In this document: positions 37,321-49,374 of the stretch, one piece after another
Layout of the letters: every line of letters starts with the position of its first letter
How positions within the stretch are numbered: position 1 is the first letter of the stretch
NCBI GenBank assembly: GCA_050575255.1
Contig: JBNZDD010013729.1
Location: forward strand, 10,046,312-10,110,311
Direction: 5' to 3'
Source of the DNA: Harriotta raleighana
Taxonomy: Eukaryota
Length of the DNA: 64,000 nt
Notes under the pieces: model-generated
Seen by the model: the letters and a program-made list of their open reading frames with translations, nothing else
The model's database searches: none
What the model was told of the DNA's origin: nothing
Program-made: the position numbers and the translations under genes

Positions 37321-39038
37321 GGAGCCTCTTTCTACCCTCCTCTCCCCCATCAGTGCTGTTCCTGTGGGGGAGAAACAATACCAGGTTAAATGCTTTTAAA
37401 TATTCCCTAACATCGCTGTGGGAATAATTTCAACAGAAATTACTCCTCCTAAACATATCACCTTTAAGTGTAATACATTTTGATTACGAACCTAAAATGA
37501 TATTCCTACTGAAGCTATGAGAATCGGTCCCTCATTGCTAGTTATAAAAGCTTACATGTTGTCTGTTAAAATTGAGCACAGCAGAGAGAGAGAGAGAGAG
37601 AAAATACTTGATGCTTAATGTGCTGATATCACATTTTGAATTAAGGGGAATATTCTGAACATTAATTGAAAAAGAAAAATGACGAAGAAACAAACAAACA
37701 GGAGGTGTTATTAGGATAAGGTGCATCGCCTGTGTGTTCAGTGTAACACCATTTATCACACACTATTGTGTAAAGACTCCAGGGCAGAATGTTTTAGGAA
37801 TAATTTTCAATCAAAGTAAACTTTTCAGCAGGAATTGAAGCCATAGCCCTGGGCGAATTAAAGACCCATTACGCTTGGCACAGCTACTTTCTCAGACCAT
37901 TGAATGAGCCGAGCAGCTGTGAAATAGGGTCTTTTGGGGAGAGAAGGGTGGTTTTTGAATCTGTAGAATGTGCTATGTTTTATTTAGAAAGAGTGCTGCA
38001 TAGGTCATTCAGCTTTAAACATCTGCTNAAGATGTCTCAAAGTGCTTCAAGGAATATACTGTAAAGTAAATTGACTGTATACAATATTTTGTGGATGAAT
38101 GTATTCACTCCATAATGAACAAAACTCCTTGACTGTCAGTTCACGTGGTCTATGGTTACTGTTTGAAGAGAGAAGGAAGTTTCTTCTCATATCCAGGCCA
38201 TCGTCCACCCACAAATTGTCTGCCATGTCGCCCACAAATGCACAGTCATTACATTTAACACAAAATCTTGTGAAGCCCTTTGAGACATTCCAAGGATGTG
38301 ATCTGACTCTATTTCAAAACCATGGATTATTGGAGCCTCTTTCTACCCTCCTCTCCCCCATCAGTGCTGTTCCTGTGGGGGAGAAACAATACCAGGTTAA
38401 ATGCTTTTAAATATTCCCTAACATCGCTGTGGGAATAATTTCAACAGAAATTACTCCTCCTAAACATATCACCTTTAAGTGTAATACATTTTGATTACGA
38501 ACCTAAAATGATATTCCTACTGAAGCTATGAGAATCGGTCCCTCATTGCTAGTTATAAAAGCTTACATGTTGTCTGTTAAAATTGAGCACAGCAGAGAGA
38601 GAGAGAGAGAGAAAATACTTGATGCTTAATGTGCTGATATCACATTTTGAATTAAGGGGAATATTCTGAACATTAATTGAAAAAGAAAAATGACGAAGAA
38701 ACAAACAAACAGGAGGTGTTATTAGGATAAGGTGCATCGCCTGTGTGTTCAGTGTAACACCATTTATCACACACTATTGTGTAAAGACTCCAGGGCAGAA
38801 TGTTTTAGGAATAATTTTCAATCAAAGTAAACTTTTCAGCAGGAATTGAAGCCATAGCCCTGGGCGAATTAAAGACCCATTACGCTTGGCACAGCTACTT
38901 TCTCAGACCATTGAATGAGCCGAGCAGCTGTGAAATAGGGTCTTTTGGGGAGAGAAGGGTGGTTTTTGAATCTGTAGAATGTGCTATGTTTTATTTAGAA
39001 AGAGTGCTGCATAGGTCATTCAGCTTTAAACATCTGCT
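37018..39038. repeat. 1010-bp tandem duplication across a single N (38028); probable assembly artefact
   Basis: 37018-38027 repeated at 38029-39038; the ORF track gives identical peptides at offset 1011. Confidence 0.9.
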
Positions 39039-39222
39039 TCAGTTTGTCGTTTATGGCATTGGGAGATTGTTGCAACAGTTATGGGTGTTCTGGGACACTG
39101 CCTTGCATGGTGTACTCTATGAAGAGCTTGTTGTTCAATATAAAATGTATAAACTATGTAAAAAAAAATTATCGTTGCTCAAAAATGACAATTAGCCATT
39201 TTGCCTCCCCGCTCAAACAACT

Positions 39223-39335
39223 TATAATAATACTCCTTGCACTTGATATCGCGCTTTTCACATTTCCTAGACGTCGCAAAGTGCTTCACAGAATATACTG
39301 TAAAGTGAATTGTCTATATTTGTGGGCGAAATTCT
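39223..39335 (-). mobile_element. tRNA-SINE 3' fragment
   Basis: ccttgcacttgatatc...cttcacagaatatactgtaaagtgaattg. Confidence 0.8.
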
Positions 39336-39349
39336 GACTTCCAATTCGC

Positions 39350-39428
39350 AAAGCTTCCAAGATGTGCGTCCTCCCGATGTGAAAGGCGCTCTATAAATGT
39401 AATTTTGTGGTATGTTGTTGTTGTTGTT
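39350..39428 (+). mobile_element. L2 LINE minimal 3' tail
   Basis: cgtcctcccgatgtgaaaggcgctctataaatgtaattttg...(gtt)n. Confidence 0.75.
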
Positions 39429-39679
39429 AACACCACAAAATGGGTTATCAAATAATGCACTGGACTGCACCCTGCCTGCCTGAGGTTTTACTGCATACAA
39501 TATTGGCTTGGTGGATTTTAAAAAAAAATCAAAATGCAGTAGTTACTCAAACTGTTATCCTGATTTCTAACCCTCCAACTAATCAGGTTAAAAATGCGTT
39601 ACAATAAATCACCTCCTGGAAAAGGAATCCTTAAACAAAATCACCATCATGTGATCAACTCTTTAATAATCTTAAATAA

Positions 39680-39770
39680 TTAATAATAATCCTTTCATTT
39701 GATGCAGTCCCTATTCGCATCTTCAAGGCATCTCAAAGCGCTTCAAGGAATATACAGTAACATGGGTATG
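39680..39770 (-). mobile_element. tRNA-SINE 3' fragment (old)
   Basis: aataataatcctttcatttgat...catctcaaagcgcttca. Confidence 0.6.
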
Positions 39771-40528
39771 ACTATATTTTATGTGCTAAATAATTGTCTG
39801 TTCAATGCTTTCCAGCTTTTCTTGAACTTTTTCCAATTGTACTTTTTTTGTCTTTCTGAAAGAGTTCTCGTTGGCTTGCCTGTTGCTTTCCATTTATTTC
39901 TCAACATCAATTCATTTTTCTCCATTCCTCCTTCTGTTTCTACCTGTTGCTTTTCGCTCACTTCTTTCGATCTTTTTTTAAAAAAAACGTACTGACTTAT
40001 CCTCTCGCTTTTCCATTTCACTTTCACTCTCGGCACAGGTTCATTTCTCTTTACGTTGCCCTTTTCTTTCCTGCGTTTGGTTTTCAGAATAAAGATCCTG
40101 ATTCCATTTCACTCTCCCCTACCTTGTTTCAGATCACTGCACAGTGAGCAGTCTCTTCACATGTTGAATTTGATCAGCAAAAGCACACACATAAGTACAA
40201 TCCCAGGAGGGTCCACAGGAGGCAGGAGCGAGCGCTGAGGCTCAAATAAAGAGGTCAGTTTCAATGGGGGGGAAGAGAGTGGGGCAAGGGGGAGTTGGAC
40301 TGAATGAAAGAGAGAGAGAGAGAGAGCGAACAGACAGATAGCGTAATGTGTCTTGGGCTTTCGGGGGAGATGAATAAAGGCAGACAGCAAATATTGTCGG
40401 ATCTGCTGGACTATGGGCAGCACATGAAATGCAAGAAGCAAACAGAGAAGATTGATATTATAGCTTCGAGCAGGAATTTTTCTTTCTCATCATCTTTGAC
40501 AAGGGATGTTAAACTGGTATACAGTTAA

Positions 40529-41510
40529 CCCTCATCGAGGGCGACTTTATCGATTGCGAATTCAAGTATACCCGACAAAACAAAAGCATCACATTTTTGT
40601 AAAACTTTTTTGTAAAACCAGCTAGCTTGCCCCCATGCACATGGGTGAAGACACCGATAGCCCGTGACTAAATCCGATGAGTCCTCGGCTGGCTGGTCCC
40701 AAGCGCATTTTTGATGAGGCCGGCAGATCCTGACTAAAGCCAATGATTCCTCGGCTGGCTGGCCCCTCGCACAATGCATTCCTGGGTAAATACAATAACA
40801 CTTCGGCCTCCGAGAATCCTATTGGATTGCATGATAAACAGAAGAGACAGAGAGACAGGATCGTACAGCAATGTAGGCTACCCTGTTGTTTTATTGGTTT
40901 TTTTATTGCTTTACTGCTTTGTTATCACTTTATTATAGCAATAAAGCGATAACAAACCTGCTGTAACCTTTCTGTGTCTCCTGTCTTGACCTCCTGCACC
41001 TCTCTGCCCGCCCAGCAGCAGTACTCTGGTCCCCACCTCCGCGAGTCGTCCCCCCATCTCCCCGAGTTCCCCCCATCTCCCCGAGTTCCCCCCATCCCCG
41101 ATCGACTCTCTGCCCCCCCCACCTGCCCAAGTCCCCCCCATCTCTGTCCCCTCCGCCTCCAAGCTGCTCTCTGTTCCCTCCCACCCCCGCTGCTCTCTCC
41201 GATTTCTCTCTGCCTCCCTCCCGCACTGATTTGCTCACTTCCTGGGTGGTAGGAAAGACAAGAGCAGGAAAAGTGGGGGGGAAGGTAGAGCAACAAGAGC
41301 AGGGAGAGGTGGGCAGAGAGAGGAGTGGGCCAGCCAGCTGTAGCCCGTTTCAGTAGGTACCTTGCATCAAATTTGCTGGAGGCTTGGAGTGGATAGTCTG
41401 TGACTGGATTCCCCTAACCCCCCTTTTCCCATTATTTTTTAAGCTTCTCCAATGCGATTTCGTTGAGCGCGCAATTTTTCAGGAGTGTAACCCCCCGCGA
41501 TCGACGAGGG
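40529..41510 (+). mobile_element. Complete piggyBac-type non-autonomous DNA transposon (982 bp)
   Basis: TTAA at 40525-40528 and 41511-41514; termini ccctcatcga / tcgacgaggg (inverted, 1 mismatch); no transposase ORF; second copy at 7324-8070. Confidence 0.85.
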
Positions 41511-41555
41511 TTAACTATACTGTACTGTTATATGTCACATGCATCAAGAAGTGAT

Positions 41556-41900
41556 AAACAAAAACAACAAAATTACATTGACAGAGCACCTTTCACATTG
41601 GGAGGACATCCTAAGGTGCTGGACAATCCATGTTTCAAGCTGGGGTTCAGATTTGGTGAGGGTGGTGTGCAGGGAGAGGTGAAGGATGGTGATTGAAGGC
41701 ATGGTTGAAAAGGAGGGCCTTGAGGTGGGTCTTGAAGGAGGCAAGGGAGGGGGCAATTCGGAGGGTTTGTGGTATGGAGTTCCAGAGGGTGGGGGCAGAG
41801 TGGCTGAAGGCCCGCTCACCAATGGTGTGGTGGTCGAGGCAGGAGATGTGAAGCAGGCCAAAGCCCACTGAGCGGAGAGAGTGGGTAGATTGGTAGGGGG
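41556..41900 (-). mobile_element. L2 LINE 3' end (ORF2 C-terminus, 3' UTR and tail)
   Basis: ORF 41647-41868 contains TIGERAFSHSAPTLWNSIPQTLRIAPSLASFKTHLKALLFNHAF, the L2 C-terminal signature; followed by a (gtt)-type tail. Confidence 0.9.
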
Positions 41901-41912
41901 TTACAAAGCTAT

Positions 41913-42052
41913 GGATCCACGACCCTTCATCAGAACTTGGTCAGAATAGTTCTGAGGAAGGGTCGTGGACCTGAAATGGTTGACTCACTTTTCTTTTCTC
42001 CATGGATGGTGCCTGACATGCTGAGTTTTCCCAGCCATTTCTGTTTGTGTTA
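41913..42052 (+). mobile_element. Penelope-like terminal fragment with inverted repeat and hammerhead-like core
   Basis: ttctgaggaagggtcgtggacctgaaa...tctccatggatggtgcctgacatgctgagttttcccagc resembles the common shark Penelope-type end (recalled consensus). Confidence 0.65.
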
Positions 42053-42057
42053 TATAA

Positions 42058-42152
42058 CCGTGAAGGTTGAGGTGAGAGGAGAGACGGTGGGGGAGGACAG
42101 AGAGTGGTCAATGGTATGGAAGGCAGCAGAGAGGTCAAGGAGGGCAGTGATT
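42058..42152 (-). mobile_element. L2 LINE RT-domain fragment
   Basis: Minus strand encodes LLDLSAAFHTIDHS (canonical LLDLSAAFDTVDH motif). Confidence 0.8.
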
Positions 42153-42366
42153 GTTGTACCATTGACTGGAGGGGAGAGAAAAAAATGTTTTCATGCAGTA
42201 TATTGGAAAAAATTAAAATGTTCATCTTGATATTTATGTGCAGAATGCCCCTTTTAAACTAATCTACATTGTAGCAATGAGAAAGGAGTCCCTCTATTTT
42301 CTCTGGGTTCTGCGTTGCTCTAAATTAAGCTTACCTGGGGCTAGTTTTATGAACACAGAACTGTCC

Positions 42367-42428
42367 AGGGCCTTGGGATGCCCTTCAGATGCGAAAGGCG
42401 CTGTGTAACTGTAATTATTTGTTATTGT
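42367..42428 (+). mobile_element. L2 minimal 3' tail (degenerate)
   Basis: gccttgggatgcccttcagatgcgaaaggcgctgtg. Confidence 0.6.
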
Positions 42429-42724
42429 AGGTTGCTTTACACTATTCTTTTCCCAGGGCTTTCCTTCGCATTGCATCTTTTCCCAAATGCCTTTCTGCAG
42501 CTCCTGTTTCCAATGTAACTCTATCTAATTATTACAATATTGTGCCTAGCTACACGCAGCTGACCGAAGGAATTAGAATGCACAATGGCGTGATGAGAGC
42601 TAAAATATTGCAGGGTTGTGTTGCCAGCTGCTTGTGGCAAGTTATATTGCAGTGGATTGCTTAGGATATAGCAAGAGAAACCAACAAGAAATGTGAGCCA
42701 ATAGGGAACATTGTTATCTTGTCT

Positions 42725-42840
42725 TCACTGGATTTTACTGTGAAGTGTAGTGACTGTGTAATTGTAGGCTAATTCAGCAGCCAATTTGCACGGAGTAACG
42801 TCTCACAAATAGCCACAAAGTGAATGACCAATTTTTTTTT
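42725..42840 (-). mobile_element. SINE body fragment (Deu-type 3' half)
   Basis: cagcagccaatttgcac...ctcacaaatagc...aatgaccaatt. Confidence 0.5.
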
Positions 42841-43639
42841 TTGGGGTGGGTGGTGAGGCGGGAGGCAGGGCAGAGTTGAGAATTGGTGGCTGGGACATTG
42901 GGAGAAAATCTCATGATACATGGAAGGTTAGCACACGAACAGCTTATCAGGCATGCGTGCAAAAATCCACTGCAGATAGAGCATAATATTGCAAGAAAAG
43001 AGAAGCAACCAGATGATAAAATGAGCCAGAAAAGGAGAACACTAGAAGATTAGGGACCAGTAACAATTTGGAGTGTGTATGTCATACTCCCCACATTCTT
43101 CATGAAACGTCAGGAATCGTACAGTAAAATAAACCATTCAAACCTTAGCTGTTGTATAATCGCCACCCAGCCGTTGACTCGCGCGAAAAAAAATATATAT
43201 AAAGTTGCCCAACATTGAGTGGAAATCAATAGTATTTAAGTGTAGTAAGCACAATATTCTCAGGCCAAAGATATTCTTAGCAGTAACATGCCTGCTTCAT
43301 TCACTCCAAAGTGATAGGCTTTGCTATCAACAGTTGCTGACCAATACTGAAGACAACGATTATCCTTACAAACAAAAAGAAGTCAATAAAGACTTGGGAT
43401 TGCACTGATAAAGAGCCACTTGTCTCGGTATTCAGTAAATGTGTTTTTTCTTACAAGTGGGAAAATAGAAGTAAGCAAAAGGAAGAGAAGTACTTGTTTT
43501 TATCACAGCAAGAGAAGTGATTATGTGTTTCATTGTTCATCATGTCACCCGGTTGTGTGGCTGTAAACAAACAGGAAAAATTCCCATAACAGAAAAAAAA
43601 ATGCTCAGGTTTAAACCATCTGTCGAAGATTATGTTGAA

Positions 43640-43762
43640 ATAATAATACTTACATTTGATATAGCTCCTTATCATATCTTCGAGACGTCTCAAAGCGATC
43701 ACAGAACCTACTGTAAAGTGAATTGACTGTATATTTTGACTGTATATTTTGTGGGTGAAAAA
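43640..43762 (-). mobile_element. tRNA-SINE 3' fragment
   Basis: catttgatatagc...gagacgtctcaaagcg...ctgtaaagtgaattgactg. Confidence 0.75.
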
Positions 43763-44094
43763 TATAGTTATGTATATTTATCCAGTAAACCAATGGTATG
43801 GCTTAGAAAGTAGGAAACTATGAATGTTGTTAAGAAGGAAACAGTAAGAGCTGATTTCAAACTATTTTTCTGTGTAATTATTATCATTTAATAATAAAAT
43901 TATAATTAACTCTAAACCCAGGAGGAATTCAGTTCTTTACATTTAGTTGCTTCCATTTTCCCATCAGAAATCAATAGTTCTTCCTTCATAGAAAAAAGAG
44001 TTTGGAATCATAATAATATTATTCTTATTAAATTCGGGTCACTCTGCAATGCCACAAAGAGTATACCAAGAACCAGCTGAAATTTTTCCCCCAA

Positions 44095-44226
44095 AGTGCA
44101 AAACACTGCAGATGCTGAAAACTGGCGTTCTGCCAAAAGCCATCGGCCTGAAATTCAACTCATTCTCCTCTCTCCATAGAGGCTGCCTGACCTGCTGAGT
44201 GTTCCCAGCCACTTCTGTTTTTATAT
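44095..44226 (+). mobile_element. Penelope-like terminal fragment (degenerate)
   Basis: actgcagatgctg...tctctccatagaggctgcctgacctgctgagtgttcccagccacttctgttttt; homologous to 41990-42052. Confidence 0.6.
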
Positions 44227-44769
44227 CAATATATTGAACGATATGTAAACTGGAAAAGATGAGGCCCAATGGCTCTCTCTTTCTCCCTCTCTCTGTCTCT
44301 CCAGCTGTCTATCCAGGAAAAGGTCTTTAGGTTTTCACCAGGTTCAGTGATAATGCAGCTTCCATAACAAGTAATCTGTGCATTTGCATCTTAAGCAGTT
44401 ATTGTATGTGAAGCAAATGTATTTGCTTGATTCAAATTGCCTTGATTGGCTGTTTCCTGATCTCGGAATTCATTTGCACAAACAAGTCTAATTATCGACA
44501 TCTTAATTCATCGTCATATATTCTTGTGTATTTGATTAAGTGATACAGGGGGGCTTTCACTTGGAGAGGATATCTCAAAGCACTTTACTCTTTGCCTAAT
44601 AAATGACAGTGAATTTGGCTTCAGAAGAGGTATATCTTGCCTGACCAAGTTTATATTGTGTGCCAATGTGGTAATGTTTCGAGGGGATACCACAATGGAA
44701 AGGCTGAGACTGGAATCAGAAGAAATAGCCAGAATCTTACAGAGAGAGATAGTTCCAAGGATAGAAATC

Positions 44770-45010
44770 AGGTGAATTCCCAGAGTTAGCGGTATGAGAT
44801 GTGAGGACTGACTAGATAAGCCAGACCTCTTCAGTCTCAAAAAGAAGCTCTTCAGTCTCTCTCTGTGGAGCATGTTACGGAGGTATATAAAATGCTTAAT
44901 GGATTGAGGATGGTATCCCAGAACAAACCAATCAGATATACAGTACACCAAAACACCAGAATAGAAGGGCATAGATTCAAGATTGTGAAGGATAATTTTA
45001 GCACAGACAT
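44770..45010 (+). mobile_element. Old CR1 ORF2 C-terminal fragment
   Basis: Partial translations LDKPDLFSLKK, EVYKMLNGL and GHRFKI match the CR1 C-terminus. Confidence 0.6.
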
Positions 45011-45384
45011 AGTGTCTCCTAACCTAAAGGGATAGCATTCTCTGTCACTCGTGCTCTCCCTGGAGGGATACACCTTGCTAACGTAATTCTGGAAGGTGCA
45101 GAGATTGGCAAAGAGCCCACCGTGTGTGTTGGGTGGTACCAAAGATGAATCACCTAAAACATACAGAGTTTGAAATTGTGAACGCTGTCTGGCAAGCTTT
45201 CTCCCAATGTGTTCAGTCCGGTCTCCCCTCCTCTCCATCCCAAGGAAGATTGTCATTATAACACTGACCATGGCTATTGGATTATATTTAAGTGCAATGA
45301 CAAAAGCAGTTCACAAATATGTAATAATAGAGTCTCTGTATTTTTGACTGGTACTGTTCAGTAATGACTACCTTCTTAAACAAT

Positions 45385-45583
45385 GTATGGCCAACAATCC
45401 CACAAATAAAATTGTTCACTCACTTCACAGATGTTTGTGGGATATATGCTGTGAGCAAACTAGCTGCCGCATTTAATCCATAAAATACACAGTCACTCTG
45501 CTTTACTGTGTATTCTGCGAAGCGCATTGAGACGTCTCAACAACATGATTAGGCCTTATATCAAAATGCAAGGATTATTATTC
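45385..45583 (+). mobile_element. 5'-truncated SINE (intermediate between the Deu and young type)
   Basis: tgtttgtgggata...gctgccgc...tattctgcgaagcgcattgagacgtc...gcaaggattattatt. Confidence 0.75.
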
Positions 45584-46397
45584 TGACTATTAAGTAAGTA
45601 TGCTTATGTGCTAAGTGTCAGAAGTCTATATAACCTTCTTCAGCTACGAAAAAAAACATACATACACATAATTAATCCAAAAGTTGTCACCAGCACACTT
45701 GTAGTCACTAAGAGCAATAAGACGTACTGTACATTTAAAAATAATTATTTTTTTAAATCATCCAGGTAAATTTTGTAATTGTGGTGATGTGGTTTGGTAT
45801 GTGTCAACAATTCTAATACACTTTGATGATCTGAATGGTTGATGGGATTTCTTTATCCTTCATACATGGCCATTAGACAGAGGTTTAACCTGCAGGCGTC
45901 AATTTACATTGGATGTAGAATATATACTATTGTATTTCAAAGAATATTCTCTGGTACATTAATACAGTTACCCAATACCCACATAAATTGGCACCTCCAC
46001 ATCACTGGTATCAAACCCACTTCACAATGGTTTAATTTGAGCTCCACCAGCCCAAATCTTTCTAACAGAGCAGAGATCAAATCAAACAAAGCACCACCGT
46101 TGACTCTGATCTGTAAACGCACAGATGCAGCAAGCGTATGAGCTCCCAGCCGTGAAAGCCATTCTTTCCTTAATAGCTCCTGCTATTCAACCCAGTGTGC
46201 AACCCAAGTGAACAGCTTGAAGGCGGTAAATTCGACTGGAACAAAAATGGACCAAATTGATTTAATTTGAATCAATCCGACTGTTAAGATTTTTCCAATA
46301 TCCCTTTACGGGTTTGATAAATAATTGCTCCATATAAACGGTGGGATACAACAACCGTCTATTGACATCCCTGTGTGTTTCTACATCAATATGTACG

Positions 46398-46490
46398 GAC
46401 ACTTGCCCCAAGGTTTCACCCTGCCTGGAATTGAATCCAATTTCTCTTGCTTGTAAGGCGAGGGCTCTAACCACTGAGCTACAGGACTCC
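46398..46490 (-). mobile_element. tRNA-SINE head without the usual body
   Basis: Reverse complement ggagtcctgtagctcagtggttagagc...gggcaagtgtcc; then diverges from the family. Confidence 0.8.
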
Positions 46491-46972
46491 CCGACTATTT
46501 CATACAAACTGTGCCTCAGTTAAATTAGCTGGACATGAGGTTGTGAAGCATCCTGGTCATCAAAATGCCCTGCCACTGCACGTTAGAATCAGGACAGCCT
46601 GCCCGTCACTCACTCCGAGTGACAACCGTTCATTCTGATGTATGACCCATTTTGATGCGCTTCGTTCTTGAAAAGTAAGGATAGTTCCATACCTTTAACT
46701 GGATTTATAATATGTGTCACTTTCACTGATCGTAAATGTCATTCCTGACATATCGCTAATGGTTGACAGTGGTGAGTGCAATGAGCAGAAGAGTTGGGGG
46801 GGGAGGTGGGGGAGGGGGTAGTGGGGGTTAAGTCACATCCACCATTCCCATACAGCACGCAAGCTCCCAGCTCAGCTAGCTAACTGTGCCCAGGAACGTC
46901 AACCTGCAGGTAGGTTGCAAAGCCAAGTCACTCACGTCATTTCCCTCTCTCGATTGTTATTGAATATCACTG

Positions 46973-47033
46973 GTGCTCTGAGACGCCGTCCGGCGTGGAG
47001 GGCGCTATATAAATCAAAGTTGTTGTTGTTGTT
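46973..47033 (+). mobile_element. L2-type minimal 3' tail
   Basis: gagacgccgtccggcgtggagggcgctatataaatcaaa(gtt)n. Confidence 0.6.
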
Positions 47034-48669
47034 GGTGGGGCAGGCCATCTTCTCAGTGGGAGAATGATCTTAGGTCAACGTAGAAAAAATAAGTTTTTTT
47101 TAGTTGAGAAAAAAATACTCTGTCCTCTCATCCCTCCCCGTAAAATGTTTCAGTAAATTAAAGGTAGCAAAGCTTTGATTTGAAAGCACCAGGAGGAATT
47201 CCTCACATGGAAACCTAAACACTTGAGTGTTGGAACACAGACTACTCAACTGTAAGGAATAACATATTTTCTGAACCAACTATTTTCCAACCACCATACA
47301 TGTACATATGTCCCACAGCAGGAGTTAGTAGATAATGAGATAGCGATGAGCAGTGAGAATCCTGGATAATTTTTCTTTCCTTTACGCAAGGAATTTTATG
47401 GGGGGGGGAAGTGGGAGTCAGCCAAGTGCCTGACACACACACAGAAACCCATCACCTTTGCTTAAGAGTTTTCAAACTAAAATGAGATTACCATGCATCC
47501 CACCTACAACGTGGAAATCCCAGAGATAGATTGTTGGAATGGAGGGACGCATCTCAATTACCTAATTCCCGGAAAGTTTTAGGCGCAGGTTGTCAAGAGC
47601 CAAGGTTTGGGTGGGGGACCCCAGAGTGTGCAATTGGTAGCACTGTCTGGCAAGATTTTCTACTGCTTGTCCAGTTTGAACCACTCAATCCAATAGGGCT
47701 GTTTCTTCAATGCTATACTGGACTGTAAAATATACTAACTTATTGGGTACTCAATAATATTTCAACAATTTAAAACAATCTCACTGTTCAATAGGAATCC
47801 ATTTTCGTAAAGATTGGCATTAACATAGGAAAGACCGTCACTGGAAAAAGCTACAAAGGGAAATGCGATAGCATTTGTTTGGTTACGTCTCCTCATGTTG
47901 AAACCTTAATATTGATGTCTGAGAATATTGCCTTTACACATAATGTGTTGATAATGCAGATCTCAGTCAGAGATCGACTGACAGAATCACACAAGACACA
48001 GGCCTCTTTCTTTTTTTGATGTGGCCGAGAGAAAAGGTTCAGATTTTCCAAGAAGAAACCTGCATTGATAAAGAGATGTAATTGTCTGTCAGTGCGCCTG
48101 ACAATGCAAGCCACTTCAGTTATAGAGCCCAACTCACATTATCATTTCAAATCTCTAGATACTCTTCCATCTCGCGGTTGCTGGTTAATTAGCATGGCCT
48201 CGCTCAGGTAGTGGTGGCATTTTCCTTCTGATGAGTCTAATGGGCTATTGATTTTCCATCCTCAAAGAAATGGGGTCTACTTTTACCATTCAATCATGAT
48301 ATTAGCTGTCTATTAAGCTTGAATTCTCCCAATTGACAGCCTGTCAACAGCTCACTGGCCAGTTCTGTCAGCGGATCAACAATCAGGGGAAATGCAATTA
48401 TGAAATTCTTGACACCTCAGAGCCACATTACAATTAATTCCTGTTCACCGCACAACCTACAATTCCAGAGAAGTGGTAAATGCTGTGAAAGACACATTTC
48501 CAAGGAGTCCTGAAACAAGTGTGTTATAACATGCAAGATCAATAATCATGACCAGGCTTTTTTTTTTTCCGTCGGCTGCAATAAAATCAATATGAAGTAT
48601 TTAAAGTAAGAACTTGTTTACTCCTCACTAGTTTTCAGAAAATCTCCAAACAATTCCTTGAAGCGGCTC

Positions 48670-48985
48670 GATTCCTGTAACTCACTGGTTAGAGCACTCG
48701 CCTAACAAGCGTGAGATCTGGGTTCAAATGCAGGCAGGTCAGGGCGAAACTTTGGGCAAATTTCTTTACTCCACACACACGCCTAATAATAATCCCTCCC
48801 CCAAAAAAATTGGTCATTTCAATCCACGACTTTTTGTGGGACATTGCTGTATGCAATTGGCTGCCGCATTTCGCTCACAAATATACAGTCAATTCACTTT
48901 ACAGTATATTCTGTGAAGAACTTTGAGATGTCTAGAAAACGTGAAAAAGCACTATATCCAATGCAAGGATTATTATTATTATAAA
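48670..48985 (+). mobile_element. Full-length tRNA-derived SINE
   Basis: Head ggttagagcactcgcc...ggttcaaat, body and tail. Confidence 0.88.
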
Positions 48986-49089
48986 ATAACANCACTTTAC
49001 AGTATATTCTGTGAAGAACATTGAGATGTCTAGAAAACATGAAAAAGCACTATATCCAATGCAAGGATTATTATTATTATAAAATAACA
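48895..49089. repeat. 97-bp tandem duplication across a single N (48992); probable assembly artefact
   Basis: 48895-48991 vs 48993-49089, two substitutions seen. Confidence 0.85.
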
Positions 49090-49374
49090 CCTAATTTTCA
49101 GGAAGGATTCATTTCCAATATAAAATACGCTTGCATCTGATAAATCAGATATCTAAACTTTTGACATTAATATTACTTCGATGCAACTTCATCTCACAGG
49201 TGCAGACAGCACTGATAATTAAACATCACCAGGCTTCATTATCTTATTTTATCTTTAGCAGGGACCACATTGGAAGCTATTCAAATAAAACACAACCTGG
49301 ATGGATGAACCTATCATTGGCTAAAAATAGCTAACAATCATGTTTTTCAATAATCCAATCACAAATTTCATTGA

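Noticed and set aside
37036-38770. Apparently duplicated small genes (identical ORF pairs)
   Set aside because: They lie within the N-joined 1-kb duplication and overlap SINE or unique non-coding DNA
40132-40253. Exon-like segment after a polypyrimidine tract
   Set aside because: All three frames are closed and the donor is weak
40911-41296. Overlapping Gly/Pro-rich ORFs
   Set aside because: Artefact of the C-rich low-complexity core of the piggyBac-type element; no transposase motifs
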